Positions 1-10,600 of a stretch of DNA of 64,000 nt are shown here, piece by piece. Below the pieces are notes generated by a model that did no database searches, was not told the DNA's origin, and worked only from the letters and a program-made list of their open reading frames with translations. The first letter of the stretch is position 1; the number at the start of each line of letters is the position of its first letter. This stretch comes from Bythopirellula sp. (GTDB lineage Bacteria > Planctomycetota > Planctomycetia > Pirellulales > Lacipirellulaceae), in NCBI GenBank assembly GCA_965216565.1, contig OZ244170.1, forward strand, positions 1,760,001 through 1,824,000. Direction: 5' to 3'. A program made the position numbers and the translations under genes.

Positions 1-1
1 G

Positions 2-541
2 CTCGCCCTATGCATTATTGCCTATGACGGGTATTTCAAGAGCACACCACTCGGGCCCTGGGTCATGGGCAGCTGTCGGTTACTGAACGTCATGCTGGGA
101 GGCAGTCTGGTGGCAGAGTCGTGGACCGGCCTGACGATCTGGTACGCTCTTGCCGTTGGCGTCTACACTGTAGGCCTAACCTACTTTGCTCGACAAGAAA
201 ACAAAGCTGGATGGAAGCTCAGCAATACGCTGGGCACTAGCTTCGTCGTAGTAGCGACACTATGCATCTGTCTGTGGTCTGGCAAATTGCTCGGCAGCTA
301 TCCATTTACTCTGATTTCATTTGCCGTCTTGAACTTTTTTCTTTGGATTAGCCCTGGTTGGTTCAGCCCTACGGCGTTCCAGGTCGGGATGCTCCGCAGT
401 ACGGTGGGACGGCTAATAATGGGATTTATCCTGCTAGACGCTTTGGTCGTCTACACCGCCTGGGACTTGAAATCTGGATTCGTTGTTTTAGCTCTGCTGC
501 TGCCGACCTGGATTGCCTCGCGCTTCGCTCCTATGACATAA
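2..541 (+). CDS. UbiA-family prenyltransferase (EboC-like), 5'-truncated by window edge
   Basis: Frame is open from base 2 (LALCIIAYDGYFKSTPLGPWVMGSCRLLN). The YD..K..P.GP..MG.CR.LN motif and several TM segments are typical of this subfamily. Neighbours are a TIM-barrel and a pyrophosphatase gene. Confidence 0.8.
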   Translation, partial: LALCIIAYDGYFKSTPLGPWVMGSCRLLNVMLGGSLVAESWTGLTIWYALAVGVYTVGLTYFARQENKAGWKLSNTLGTSFVVVATLCICLWSGKLLGSYPFTLISFAVLNFFLWISPGWFSPTAFQVGMLRSTVGRLIMGFILLDALVVYTAWDLKSGFVVLALLLPTWIASRFAPMT

Positions 542-559
542 TGCCGGGCGGAGACATCT

Positions 560-1390
560 ATGCATCTAGGCTACAACACCAACGGTTTGGCGCACCACAG
601 CCTGCCGGCTGCACTGCGACTGTTGGCTGGCTTGGGATACGAAAGCGTCGCCATCACCCTCGATCATTCGGCGTTGAATCCCTATCGCTCCGATTTTGCA
701 GTGCAATTGCAAGAGACGAAGGCCCTACTGCAGGAACTAGAGCTCCGCTCGGTGATTGAAACGGGAGCCCGTTTTCTACTCGATCCACGCCACAAGCACG
801 AACCAACATTGGTATCGGCCAAGACGAGCGGGCGTCCTTTACGGATAGAATTTCTGAGATACGCCGTCGACATCGCTGCCGAACTGAATAGCGATTGTGT
901 TTCACTTTGGTCAGGGGCGATTCGTGACGGCGTCGACTGGGATAAGGGTTTTTCTCGATTGGTCGAAGGGCTACAACTCGTGGCGGACTACGCCGAACGG
1001 CGCAATGTGACGCTAGGTTTCGAACCGGAACCAGGGATGCTGATCGACACGATGGAACGATTTCAGCTGTTGGTAGACGCGCTTGATTCGCCCCAGCTAA
1101 AACTGACACTCGATGTCGGCCATTTACACTGCCTCGACGAAGGACCTATCTCTCAAGTGATTTGCCAGTGGGGTGAGCAACTCGTAAACATCCACATTGA
1201 AGATATGCGACGCGGTATTCACGAACACTTGATGTTTGGCGACGGAGAAATGGATTTCCCACCAATCGTGACTGCTCTTCGGGAGGTTGACTACACGGGC
1301 GGGCTGCATGTGGAGCTCAGCCGGCACAGTCACAAAGGCCCCTCTGCCGCCCGCGAAGCACACTCATTCCTGAAGCCACTCCTAAAGTGA
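560..1390 (+). CDS. Sugar phosphate isomerase/epimerase (xylose isomerase-like TIM barrel)
   Basis: Metal-binding motifs FEPEPGM, LDVGHL, HIEDM and VEL. Confidence 0.85.
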   Translation: MHLGYNTNGLAHHSLPAALRLLAGLGYESVAITLDHSALNPYRSDFAVQLQETKALLQELELRSVIETGARFLLDPRHKHEPTLVSAKTSGRPLRIEFLRYAVDIAAELNSDCVSLWSGAIRDGVDWDKGFSRLVEGLQLVADYAERRNVTLGFEPEPGMLIDTMERFQLLVDALDSPQLKLTLDVGHLHCLDEGPISQVICQWGEQLVNIHIEDMRRGIHEHLMFGDGEMDFPPIVTALREVDYTGGLHVELSRHSHKGPSAAREAHSFLKPLLK

Positions 1391-1399
1391 AACTGCACT

Positions 1400-2725
1400 A
1401 TGAATGAATATGTCGTCCTGCTTTCTATCCCTGGACTGCGCAGAAAAGACCTTGAGGTCATGCCGCGGCTAGCGCAATTAGTTGCCGGGGGCGATTGTGC
1501 TGAGCTAGTAGCCAGCTTTCCCGCGGTAACGTGCCCAGTTCAGGCCAACATGACAACAGGAGTACCCCCCAACGAACACGGTGTGGTGGGAAACGGTTTC
1601 TATTGGCGTGAGAAGCACGAACTCGACATGTGGACTGCACCCAATGATTGCATTTTGCGCCCCCAACTTTGGGACATCATGCACAAACAGGACGCTTCGC
1701 TAACTTCTGCAGTTTGGTTCCCGCTACATAGCAAACATTGCGGGGCTGATTTCGTTTGCATGCCTGCGCCGATTCATAATCCGGATGGCAGCGAATCTTT
1801 GTGGTGCTATTCCAAGCCAGAAGAGTTTTACGGTGAAATGATAGAAGAGCTGGGACATTTTCCACTCCAGCACTTTTGGGGGCCGATGGCCAATATTAAA
1901 TCCACGGCCTGGATCATCGATTCGGCAATAAAAGCAGCCGAGCAGTTTCATCCCAATCTGTTCTACATCTATTTGCCGCACCTGGACTATGCAGCTCAGA
2001 AGTGTGGTCCCGATTCCACCGAGGCTCAGCAGGCACTTGCGGACCTGGACAGCGAAATTGGCAAGCTCGTAGACGGCTTGGCTAGTTTCTATGCAGACAA
2101 GCCGCCACTGTGGCTCGTCGCCAGCGAATACGTGATCACTCCGGTCGATCACGTCACCTATCCCAATCGCTTGCTGCGTGAAGCGGGATTGCTCGAGGTC
2201 GAAGAGCGGGAGGATGGCGAGCATCTCGACTACAGGCAAAGCCGAGCCTGGGCGATGACCGATCATCAGTACTCGCACATTTTCGTCAAAGATGCGAATC
2301 CGAATTCAATAGAACAAGCCAGAGAACTGCTTGCCGCTCAAGAGGGCATTAGCGAAGTGCTTACTACAGCCGAATTAGCGAAGTACGATCTTGCCCATCC
2401 ACGCAGCGGCGATCTCGTGGCTATTTCAACCGTCAATAGTTGGCAGGCCTACTATTGGTGGTTCGATGACGCCAATGCCCCCGGCTTTGCCCGCACGGTC
2501 GATATCCATCGCAAGCCTGGATACGACCCCGTCGAGATGTTTTGGGATCCAGCGGCTAAAGGAATTCCTTTGGATGCCCATTTGGTAAAGGGTTCCCACG
2601 GTGCTCCCGCGATCGACCCCACGCAGCGAGGCGTCTTATTTTGCTCTGCGGAAGGAGTATTCGTGGAGCAGCCACTTGCCGACACCGACGTCGCCGACAT
2701 TGTCCTTCGTCAGTTTGGGATTTGA
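1400..2725 (+). CDS. Alkaline phosphatase superfamily nucleotide pyrophosphatase/phosphodiesterase (EboF-like)
   Basis: Motifs FPAVTCPVQANMTTG, YLPHLDY, SEY, DIHRKPGYDP and VKGSHG. Confidence 0.85.
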   Translation: MNEYVVLLSIPGLRRKDLEVMPRLAQLVAGGDCAELVASFPAVTCPVQANMTTGVPPNEHGVVGNGFYWREKHELDMWTAPNDCILRPQLWDIMHKQDASLTSAVWFPLHSKHCGADFVCMPAPIHNPDGSESLWCYSKPEEFYGEMIEELGHFPLQHFWGPMANIKSTAWIIDSAIKAAEQFHPNLFYIYLPHLDYAAQKCGPDSTEAQQALADLDSEIGKLVDGLASFYADKPPLWLVASEYVITPVDHVTYPNRLLREAGLLEVEEREDGEHLDYRQSRAWAMTDHQYSHIFVKDANPNSIEQARELLAAQEGISEVLTTAELAKYDLAHPRSGDLVAISTVNSWQAYYWWFDDANAPGFARTVDIHRKPGYDPVEMFWDPAAKGIPLDAHLVKGSHGAPAIDPTQRGVLFCSAEGVFVEQPLADTDVADIVLRQFGI

Positions 2726-2832
2726 GACGCCTGAAAAGTCTCGCTGTCGTGGCACAAGCTGACTAGGCAATATCGCGCAAAGTCATACACTTCGAAACTG
2801 TACGTTGCAGAAAGCAATTACGGCTAGGCCGT

Positions 2833-2928
2833 GCGCTAGTGGCCCCCTCTCCCCGAAGTGTCATAGGAACCAAATTTACGAATTGATTTAGAAGTCTCAG
2901 TTGACCGGGGAGAGGGGGCCACTAGCGC
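2833..2928. repeat. 23-bp perfect inverted repeat (REP-like), 50-nt spacer
   Basis: GCGCTAGTGGCCCCCTCTCCCCG (2833-2855) and CGGGGAGAGGGGGCCACTAGCGC (2906-2928). Confidence 0.9.
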
Positions 2929-3117
2929 TTCGCTTTCTGCTTTCGCGCCTCAATGATTGATCTCTGTGCGACTTTGCGGGCTGGGCAAGGTTTGTTGAGT
3001 GAAAGCGTCGGGACGATTCTTTCAGCCATTCTGGGCCGATATTTCTGTTGTGTGCCCGATCTTCGAGGCGCAATTCCCTCCGTCTATCCCGCCCCCTTGA
3101 TTAGCAAAGGTCTTGCT

Positions 3118-4182
3118 ATGAAACGTATTTCGCTATCGACGACTAGCGGCGCTTTGGCTCTCGCAATTTTGTCCGCTGGTTTCGCCACAGAAAACGTCGA
3201 GGCAGCCCGACCCGTGGTGCCAGGGACCGGCAAGATGATCGAATACGTGGGCGATGATTTTGAGGATACGTCTTGGGACTTTACCCACAACTTTCCCAAG
3301 AGTTCACGAGAGCAGGACGAGCGGTTGCGCAGCCCTACTGGTTTTTCTCACAACAAACGCTGGAAGGAAGGCCCGGAGCGTGGCCAGCCCGACCAGATGC
3401 AGATTGTCCCTACACCAGAGGGCGGCCTAGCTGGTAGCGAGCACGCACTTTTGGTGCGAACGCTGAACTCGGGGATTCCCGGCCGTCGGATGTTCGATGT
3501 GCAGCAGGACGACTTGATTGCAGATTGCATTTCGCGCGTTGGAACGATTTCACCCGGCGAAGTTCCTAGCGTTGTCGCCCGTGTCTATTTGCCACCTGCG
3601 GACAAATGGGAAAATCGTTCGGGTCCGCACTTCGGTTTCCGCATCAGTGCCTCGACGACGGTCACAGAAGTGAAATCGCAAGGCTTTTTTGGATCGAGAA
3701 ACTCGACCAAGGCTGAGCCTTACTGGCCAGGTATGTGGGTCCACTTCCGCTGCAAGGGAACCCGCGGCCACAAAGCGGACTCGGCATTTATCACTGTTCG
3801 CGGCGATCGCATGGGTCGCGATGTTCGTTACAAAGACATTCCCGTCGAGCAGTTTGGATGGTGGACCATGGGCATGTCGATGACCGGCGATGGGCAGATT
3901 CACTACTACGCCAAGCCGGGGGTTGAAGATTTAACTTCGGCCGACCACCTGACCTCGCAATTCCCCTATAGTTACAGTGCCCAGCGGTTTCGCACATTCT
4001 TCTTCGACGTGTGCAACAAAGACGATGGCAAGAGCTGGTCAACACCCTTTGTCATCGATGATAGTCGCCTCTTTGTACTGAACGATGCAAGAATCAGTTC
4101 TGTAGTGAACCGTAAGCTCCAGCGCGAGGCTAAACGGCAGCAGCAACGTAGTGCGAGCAAGAAGACGAACAAGCGAAAGTAG
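3118..4182 (+). CDS. Secreted hypothetical protein (signal peptide, beta-rich body, basic C-terminal tail)
   Basis: Long ORF. Probable start MKRISL at 3118, followed by a hydrophobic leader ending VEA-A. Confidence 0.7.
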   Translation: MKRISLSTTSGALALAILSAGFATENVEAARPVVPGTGKMIEYVGDDFEDTSWDFTHNFPKSSREQDERLRSPTGFSHNKRWKEGPERGQPDQMQIVPTPEGGLAGSEHALLVRTLNSGIPGRRMFDVQQDDLIADCISRVGTISPGEVPSVVARVYLPPADKWENRSGPHFGFRISASTTVTEVKSQGFFGSRNSTKAEPYWPGMWVHFRCKGTRGHKADSAFITVRGDRMGRDVRYKDIPVEQFGWWTMGMSMTGDGQIHYYAKPGVEDLTSADHLTSQFPYSYSAQRFRTFFFDVCNKDDGKSWSTPFVIDDSRLFVLNDARISSVVNRKLQREAKRQQQRSASKKTNKRK

Positions 4183-4191
4183 AGGTTTACG

Positions 4192-5025
4192 CTACGTCTC
4201 CAACGCCTCAGTGATTTCCGGCGGATCGAAGACGAAACCCCGACTTTGGCCGAAGAATTCCATCGGATTCTCGTACACAATTCGGCGAATTGCCGATTCG
4301 CTGTGCCCGCGACGGCGCATTTCGAGAATGAAATCGGGAACGGCTGTTGGCTTGGAAGGCCCCCAGTCGCCAGCGGAGTTCACGAGTAGCCTTTCTGGCC
4401 CGTACATCTCGACGATGTCGGCAGCCCGGGCAGGGGTACATTTGCTTACGGGATAGAGCGTCATTCCCGCCCAAAATCCATCTTCCAGCACGGCCCGCAC
4501 GGTGTGTTCTTCGACGTGATCGACGAGCACCCTCGATCGGTCGATACGGCTATCGTCGACCAACATATCGATAATCATCCGCGTACCTAGATATTTGTCT
4601 TCCAAGTGCGGTGTGTGGATCAGGATCTGTTCGTTGGTCTCCATCGCTAAGTCGAGATGTTCCAAGAACACGATCGACTCATTACGTGTGTTCTTGTTCA
4701 AACCGATTTCTCCGATACCCAATACGCCCGGGCGATCGAGAAACTCGGGGATCATCGCGATCACTTCTCGCGATAGGGATACATTTTCGGCTTCCTTGGC
4801 ATTAATGCACAGCCAAGTGAAATGCTGGATGCCGTAGCTACCAGCACGCCCCGGTTCAAATGAGGTCAATTGCTGGAAGTAATCTCGGAATCCATCGACG
4901 CTGCCACGATCGTAGCCAGCCCAAAAGGCTGGTTCGCTGACTGCCACGCAACCCATTTTGGCCAACGTTTCGTAGTCATCGGTCGTCCGAGAGACCATGT
5001 GTATGTGGGGATCGATGTAATACAC
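4192..5025 (-). CDS. TatD-family metallohydrolase (EboB-like)
   Basis: Motifs [32 protein letters not shown] and NSAGDWG. GTG start. Confidence 0.85.
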   Translation of the reverse strand: MYYIDPHIHMVSRTTDDYETLAKMGCVAVSEPAFWAGYDRGSVDGFRDYFQQLTSFEPGRAGSYGIQHFTWLCINAKEAENVSLSREVIAMIPEFLDRPGVLGIGEIGLNKNTRNESIVFLEHLDLAMETNEQILIHTPHLEDKYLGTRMIIDMLVDDSRIDRSRVLVDHVEEHTVRAVLEDGFWAGMTLYPVSKCTPARAADIVEMYGPERLLVNSAGDWGPSKPTAVPDFILEMRRRGHSESAIRRIVYENPMEFFGQSRGFVFDPPEITEALET

Positions 5026-5027
5026 GG

Positions 5028-5315
5028 CTAGGCCAGGCTAAAGTTCTCTCGCCAATCTTGGTCGTAAGGAATGCTGAACAGCAATTGCACGCGCTCGGCT
5101 CGCCCTAGCTCCGATTCTTGCAAAATGTCGATCGCGTCATGCAACAGGTTCAGTTCCTGGTTTTCGGTCGAATCTCCGGGAGCACGCTGCAAACGGTCCA
5201 GAGTGGCTGCGATCTCCAGGATCTTAGCTCGCAGGGGCAGAAATTCTCGCTCTAGAATCTGCTGGGTTTTCATATCTTTCGACATCGGGGCAGTCCTCTC
5301 AACTCGGCGGAACAA
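5028..5315 (-). CDS. Small helical hypothetical protein, coupled to the TatD gene
   Basis: Stop lies 2 nt from the TatD start. Amphipathic helix [15 protein letters not shown]. The true start may be the downstream Met. Confidence 0.65.
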   Translation of the reverse strand: MFRRVERTAPMSKDMKTQQILEREFLPLRAKILEIAATLDRLQRAPGDSTENQELNLLHDAIDILQESELGRAERVQLLFSIPYDQDWRENFSLA

Positions 5316-5590
5316 TCGCTAGCATCCAAGCGCAGACTCTTAGTCGAGTCGATTCTAGCGATTGTACTGATTTTTCGAGCACAGCAACATGCGGTGCCGA
5401 CTCAATCCTTATCAGGCGAGGCATTCCCTGTGTTTCCTCGGCGAGATTCCATGACTAGGACTGGTTTCGACAATTCTACGACCTAGGTTTTTCATGATAT
5501 AGCGTGCTAAAGCAGTGGAAATCCGATTCCCGGCCTGAGCACGCTTTGCTCGGACAATTAGACATTGAATGAACTATTAGGTGGACCGCG

Positions 5591-7171
5591 GTGACTGCAG
5601 CTTTGGATAAAACGTTTGAAGTGCTCTCAGAATCTCGTAACGAGGCCTCCGTACTAGTGCTCCTTACGGCGCTGGAGACCTCCGAAGGTAAGATCTACGA
5701 GAGCACCCTTAAATCGCTCATTCAGCGTCGAAATCGAATGGGGCATACTGCTGTCCTGAGCCATTGGCATAAGCTTAACGAGGAACAGCGCGAATTGGTG
5801 ATCCAGGGACGGGGCAAGATGGCCTCGGCATTGCGAGATGGCATCCTCTCGACGGACGAAACACTATTTCAAAACGCCTGTGATGTCATGGTTAGGTTTC
5901 GAGAGTTCGACCTTGTGTCGGCTCTAATCACGCTGGCTGAGGATCGCTCGCATCCCCACTCCAATCGAGCCACAGAACTTGTGCTGCAGATGGTTAGCCA
6001 ACTGGTGGAGATGGTACACGGCAAACGCGATCCCAACGATCGTCGCGACCCTACGATGATTCGCTCTCACGTAATGGAGAGCTTAGAACGAAGCGTCGAG
6101 CGATTCCGCACCCATCAACGGAACGAGCTGATCGAAGCCTTTGTTATTCTTGGCGGGATCACATGCAGTCTCTTAAGGAACATTCTCGAAGACCCTCACC
6201 ACGTATGTTACTTGACCGTTGTCAACACGCTTTCGACGAGTCAAAGCCCCGGAGTTGTGAAACTCTTGTTGAGTTTCCTGGGATCGGATCATCCATCGCT
6301 CGCAATTCTCACTGTGATTAGCCGTCGCTCTGATGAGTGCTTCCTTCGTCAATTATTCGATCACCTGGAGTGCAACCTATCGGCGAAAGTTCAGAAGAAC
6401 CTCCATCGCATTCGCACATTCCCGTGGCTAGAGGAAGAAGATTTCTCCGTCGATACGATAGCCGATAGCGATCAGCCATGTTGCGTACGTATGTTGGGCG
6501 AGTCGGGAATGGACCAAGACCGATTACTCAACATTCTCTCCCAATTCATCAATCATGGCTCCACGGCGGGACGCGTTGCCGCTTGTGAAGCACTCGCGGA
6601 GATTCCGGGCGAGAAATCAAACAAGCTGTTCATGGCGAACATGCACGACGAAGACCCCCAGGTGCAGGCGGCTGTGGCTTTGCAACTTCGAGACCGTCAT
6701 ATTGCCGGGACCATGGCAGTTCTCGTCAAACTACTAGATAGTCCCCACGGAATTGTGCGAGAAGCGGCACGGGAATCGTTGAACGAGTTTTCGTATGAGA
6801 ATTTTGTGATGCAGTTCGACACGCTCCACGACGACTCGAGACAAACGACAGGATCGCTGGTCAAGAAGGTTGATCTCGAACTAAGAATTAAGCTTGCCGC
6901 AGACTTGCAATCTAAGTCGCGACGTATCCGAATGCGTGCCATCGAAATTGCCGAATCGTTGGAGTTCGTCGGCGATGTCTCGGAAGAACTGATAGAACTG
7001 CTCGAAGATCCCGATCATTTGGTCCGGGCAGCAGTCGCCACCGCGCTGCAATACAGCCCCACCCCTGTGGTGCGAGAAGCACTCGAGCAGGCAACCCACG
7101 ATAAGAGTTCGACCGTGCAAAGTGCCGCGAAAGCCAGCTTGGAAGCTTTTGCCAGCATGAGCCAAGCTTAG
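5591..7171 (+). CDS. HEAT-repeat (alpha-solenoid) protein
   Basis: C-terminal repeats such as DEDPQVQAAVALQL, DSPHGIVREAARESL and EDPDHLVRAAVATAL. Confidence 0.8.
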   Translation: MTAALDKTFEVLSESRNEASVLVLLTALETSEGKIYESTLKSLIQRRNRMGHTAVLSHWHKLNEEQRELVIQGRGKMASALRDGILSTDETLFQNACDVMVRFREFDLVSALITLAEDRSHPHSNRATELVLQMVSQLVEMVHGKRDPNDRRDPTMIRSHVMESLERSVERFRTHQRNELIEAFVILGGITCSLLRNILEDPHHVCYLTVVNTLSTSQSPGVVKLLLSFLGSDHPSLAILTVISRRSDECFLRQLFDHLECNLSAKVQKNLHRIRTFPWLEEEDFSVDTIADSDQPCCVRMLGESGMDQDRLLNILSQFINHGSTAGRVAACEALAEIPGEKSNKLFMANMHDEDPQVQAAVALQLRDRHIAGTMAVLVKLLDSPHGIVREAARESLNEFSYENFVMQFDTLHDDSRQTTGSLVKKVDLELRIKLAADLQSKSRRIRMRAIEIAESLEFVGDVSEELIELLEDPDHLVRAAVATALQYSPTPVVREALEQATHDKSSTVQSAAKASLEAFASMSQA

Positions 7172-7211
7172 GCTAGCGGCAACAGCGTAGTAATACAGCG
7201 GAGACAATGAG

Positions 7212-7622
7212 ATGATAACGAGACTATCAGGATTGATATTACTGGGTCAGTATTCCCGCTGGGAGCGGCTGGGCGATGGCCTGCACCGTTCCACGGGTAA
7301 GATGGAAATCATGGACCTATTGCCGCTCCTGGCGGTGATCGCCGTTCTCGTAGCTATCGCAATCGTAGCCGTAGTGATGTACAAGCGTCGTGATTTCAGC
7401 AAGCCCTGCGACGATGCGCAGAAGTTATTCCGTCAACTCTGCGCCGTTCATGGCGTGAATAGAGGCAACAAACGCCTGCTTCTGCAGATGGCGGCTGCCT
7501 TGAATCTCGCCAGCCCGGCTACCTTGTTTGTCATGCCCTCAGCGTTTCGCTCGAGTGCTTTGCCAAATCAGTTACGCCCCGAGCATGATCGCATTAAAGA
7601 GCTGGCGGAAAAACTGTTCTAG
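7212..7622 (+). CDS. Small single-pass membrane hypothetical protein
   Basis: TM segment LLPLLAVIAVLVAIAIVAVVMY. Downstream of and co-oriented with the HEAT gene. Confidence 0.65.
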   Translation: MITRLSGLILLGQYSRWERLGDGLHRSTGKMEIMDLLPLLAVIAVLVAIAIVAVVMYKRRDFSKPCDDAQKLFRQLCAVHGVNRGNKRLLLQMAAALNLASPATLFVMPSAFRSSALPNQLRPEHDRIKELAEKLF

Positions 7623-7627
7623 CATTT

Positions 7628-10600
7628 CTATCCTGCCACAGAAGGCTTCTTACCGCTGGTGTCGCCGTCACTTAGCAGGCTCCCTAACGCGATCATCGCC
7701 AGTTGGCTAAGAACGAAGACGGTAAGCCAATAAGCCATTCCTGCACGAAATCCGTAGGAGTGTAGGCCAACGCCCATAGCGTTGACTCCAAACCAGGACC
7801 ATGCCGTCACCACGTTACCAAAGATCGCCAACACAGCCAGGCCACGTCGCTGGATCATTCCACCCCAGCGGGCATGTAGCACGAGAGCGTTCCAAATCAC
7901 GATGAGTAGCGCTCCGTTTTCCTTAGGGTCCCAACCCCAGAATCGGCCCCAGGAATCGTCCGCCCAGAGCCCGCCCAGTATGGTGCCAATAAAACTGAAA
8001 AGCGTTGCGAAGCAGATCGTGCCGTAGATCATACGGGCGAGAATCTGACGAAGGTCTGCCTCTCGGCTACTGCTGAGCTGCGAGAAAATCACATAGAACA
8101 AACCTAAAAAGCCTGCCACAAATGTTGCAGCGTAACCGAGCGTGATGCAAACAACGTGCGTGGCCAACCAGAACTGTGTATCTAATACTGCTTGTAGAAC
8201 TTTAAACGTATCGCCATCACCGGCCAGATTGTGGGCGATAAATAGACTAGGAAAACCAACAACAGGCGCGAGCAAATTGCCAATGCCGATTCGATAGATC
8301 CACTCGAAGATCAGCGCGAACAGCACGGCAGCCCAACCGATGAAAATTGCTGAGGAATATAAGTTGGTCACCGGTGGGCGACCCGAAATGTAAATCCGTC
8401 CGACCAACGCCGCTGTATGCAGCAGAAAAGTAAACCACAATAGCCAATTGGCGGAACGGTTAAGAGTGGTGGTGGCTCCCAGCCAAGAGCACATTGCCAG
8501 CAAGAATGCCAACACATAGAAAGCCATCGCAATAGCAAATGGCCGAATGTAGTTGAAGAACGACTCGAACTCTAGTCGGGAAACGTTGAGTTTCTCAGCT
8601 GTCTTGCGGCTCCCAGGTCCAGAGGCGGCTACAGGCTGCTGATCAAACTCCGCATCGGCTGCGGCGCGTTCTGTAATGACCTGCTTGTAATCGGCCACCG
8701 CATTGTTGAATTCCACAACTTCGTTATCTCGGTACGCTGCGAGAATGGCACGCAGCTTCTCAACGGCTGGATCGAGCTGCTCTCGGCTCTCTTTTCCTAG
8801 GACAGCGTCGAATAATGGGGCACTCTCTGCAGCAAGTAGCATCCGCCACTTGCCACCGGCTTTTTCAGGTGGCACCGCCAATGGGGATTGCTTGCTAAGT
8901 GTTTGGACTCGCTGGAATAGGCTCGCCAAATCGGCTCGCGCATCGTCGCGGGAAGTAGTACGAACAAAACGCAGTGGTGAAGAAAAACTATCGTGCAAAA
9001 CTGTCAGCAAAGTGACATTGTTGGCCAACTTGATAAACATAGCCTGCGTAAGCGTCCGCTCCTCCGTCGGAACATCCGAAGCGAGCTGAATCTGTTTTGT
9101 GTACTCTCCGTAGTTTTCGTAAAGGTCTGCAAGGCTATAGCGATATCCATCGCGCCGCTTCAGCCCTAGCGTGTGGAGAACGTCGAGATTCTCAATACGG
9201 ATACAACGATGGGTTCGAAAGTCTGGCGAGTCGCTAGCCAAGTCGAGCAGCCAGCGGATGGCTGGTTCCTTTTTCTCGAATCCCAGTAACTCAGCCAGGG
9301 CGGACTTCTCTTTAGGTACGACTAACGATTCCTTGCCCGATAGCACCGTCAAAGCATTTCGAGCCAACGTGTCTAAGGGTTGGATTCGGCCCTGATAGGC
9401 AACTGGCAACTCCCCAAATTCGCGGAGCTGCATTTCTGTAGACGGAGTTTTTGGCACCCGAAGTTTTGAAAGAGTCCACCCTCCAAAGATCAATACTATG
9501 AGCGTGGGCACGATGACTGCCGCTGAGTTCCAATTGGCAGCTAGATCTCCAAAGGACGAACTACGCGAATAGCTTGTAGCTGCTGCTCTGCGTTGGGCGA
9601 AGCGGAAAAACGTAATTCCAAAGTGGGCCAACAACCCGGTCAGAATTAGCATGCAAGACACGTAGGGCATCATCCATCCGGTATTGGTGACCACCTGCAA
9701 CATCGTCTTGCGCGGATTGGTGGGGTCGAAGCTGGCCTGATAGATGGTATCTCCACTGTAGCGAAGCGGATTGTTCATCCAAATTTTCCGCTGCAAATCG
9801 ACCTGTTGCTCAGGATCAGTGAGACGCACCTCGGACGAAAAATTCTTCGCCTCATTGGTGCCCACAAAGGTGTCATGGCGAAAATCAACTAGTTCAATCG
9901 AATAATCCTTCGGAATTCGTTTGTAGCGTAAGCTCAGTTCAAATGGTTTACCGTCGATCTCAATCGGCTCGACAATGTAAGCCGGTGTGAACTGCGACCA
10001 GAGCATTACAGTCCCCAGTGATTCGCCAGAATCTTTGTCTAGTAATTCCACGAAGGTAGCCGGGCTCTCGATCGATTGGCTCTCGTCAATGCCCGTGGTA
10101 ATAGAGTTGCCATCAACCGCGTAGAGCAAGCCCTCACCTCGTGTGGCAGGCGTCTCCTCGCCCGGTTGCAGCAAACGGATCGACGAATTTGGTAGAAAGT
10201 CGACTACACGCAGCCGAATCGGCAGGGCAGGGTGGTCCAAAGGTTCGCCGCTTGCTGCCGCCTGCCGGACCAGACTCTCCGGCACTAAGATTTCGATGTC
10301 ACTGTCAGCCGAGCTTTTGTCGACAACGACAAGCTCGACCTCGCGGGAATCCTCGGCATAGCTAAATTTTTGGCCTTCCACCAACCACATCTGAGCTTCC
10401 GTGGCTTTGACGCCCGTGAAGAGTTCACTGAACATCAATAACGCGATACCACCGTGCAACAATACAATCCCGGCACGGCGCCCGAAAACAAAATAACAAC
10501 CTGCTAATAAGACCAATCCTGCTCCACCGGCTTTGATCAATTGCCAAAGGATTCGCAAACCGGATGGATCAAGCCGCACATTCGGATTTAGAAATAACCA

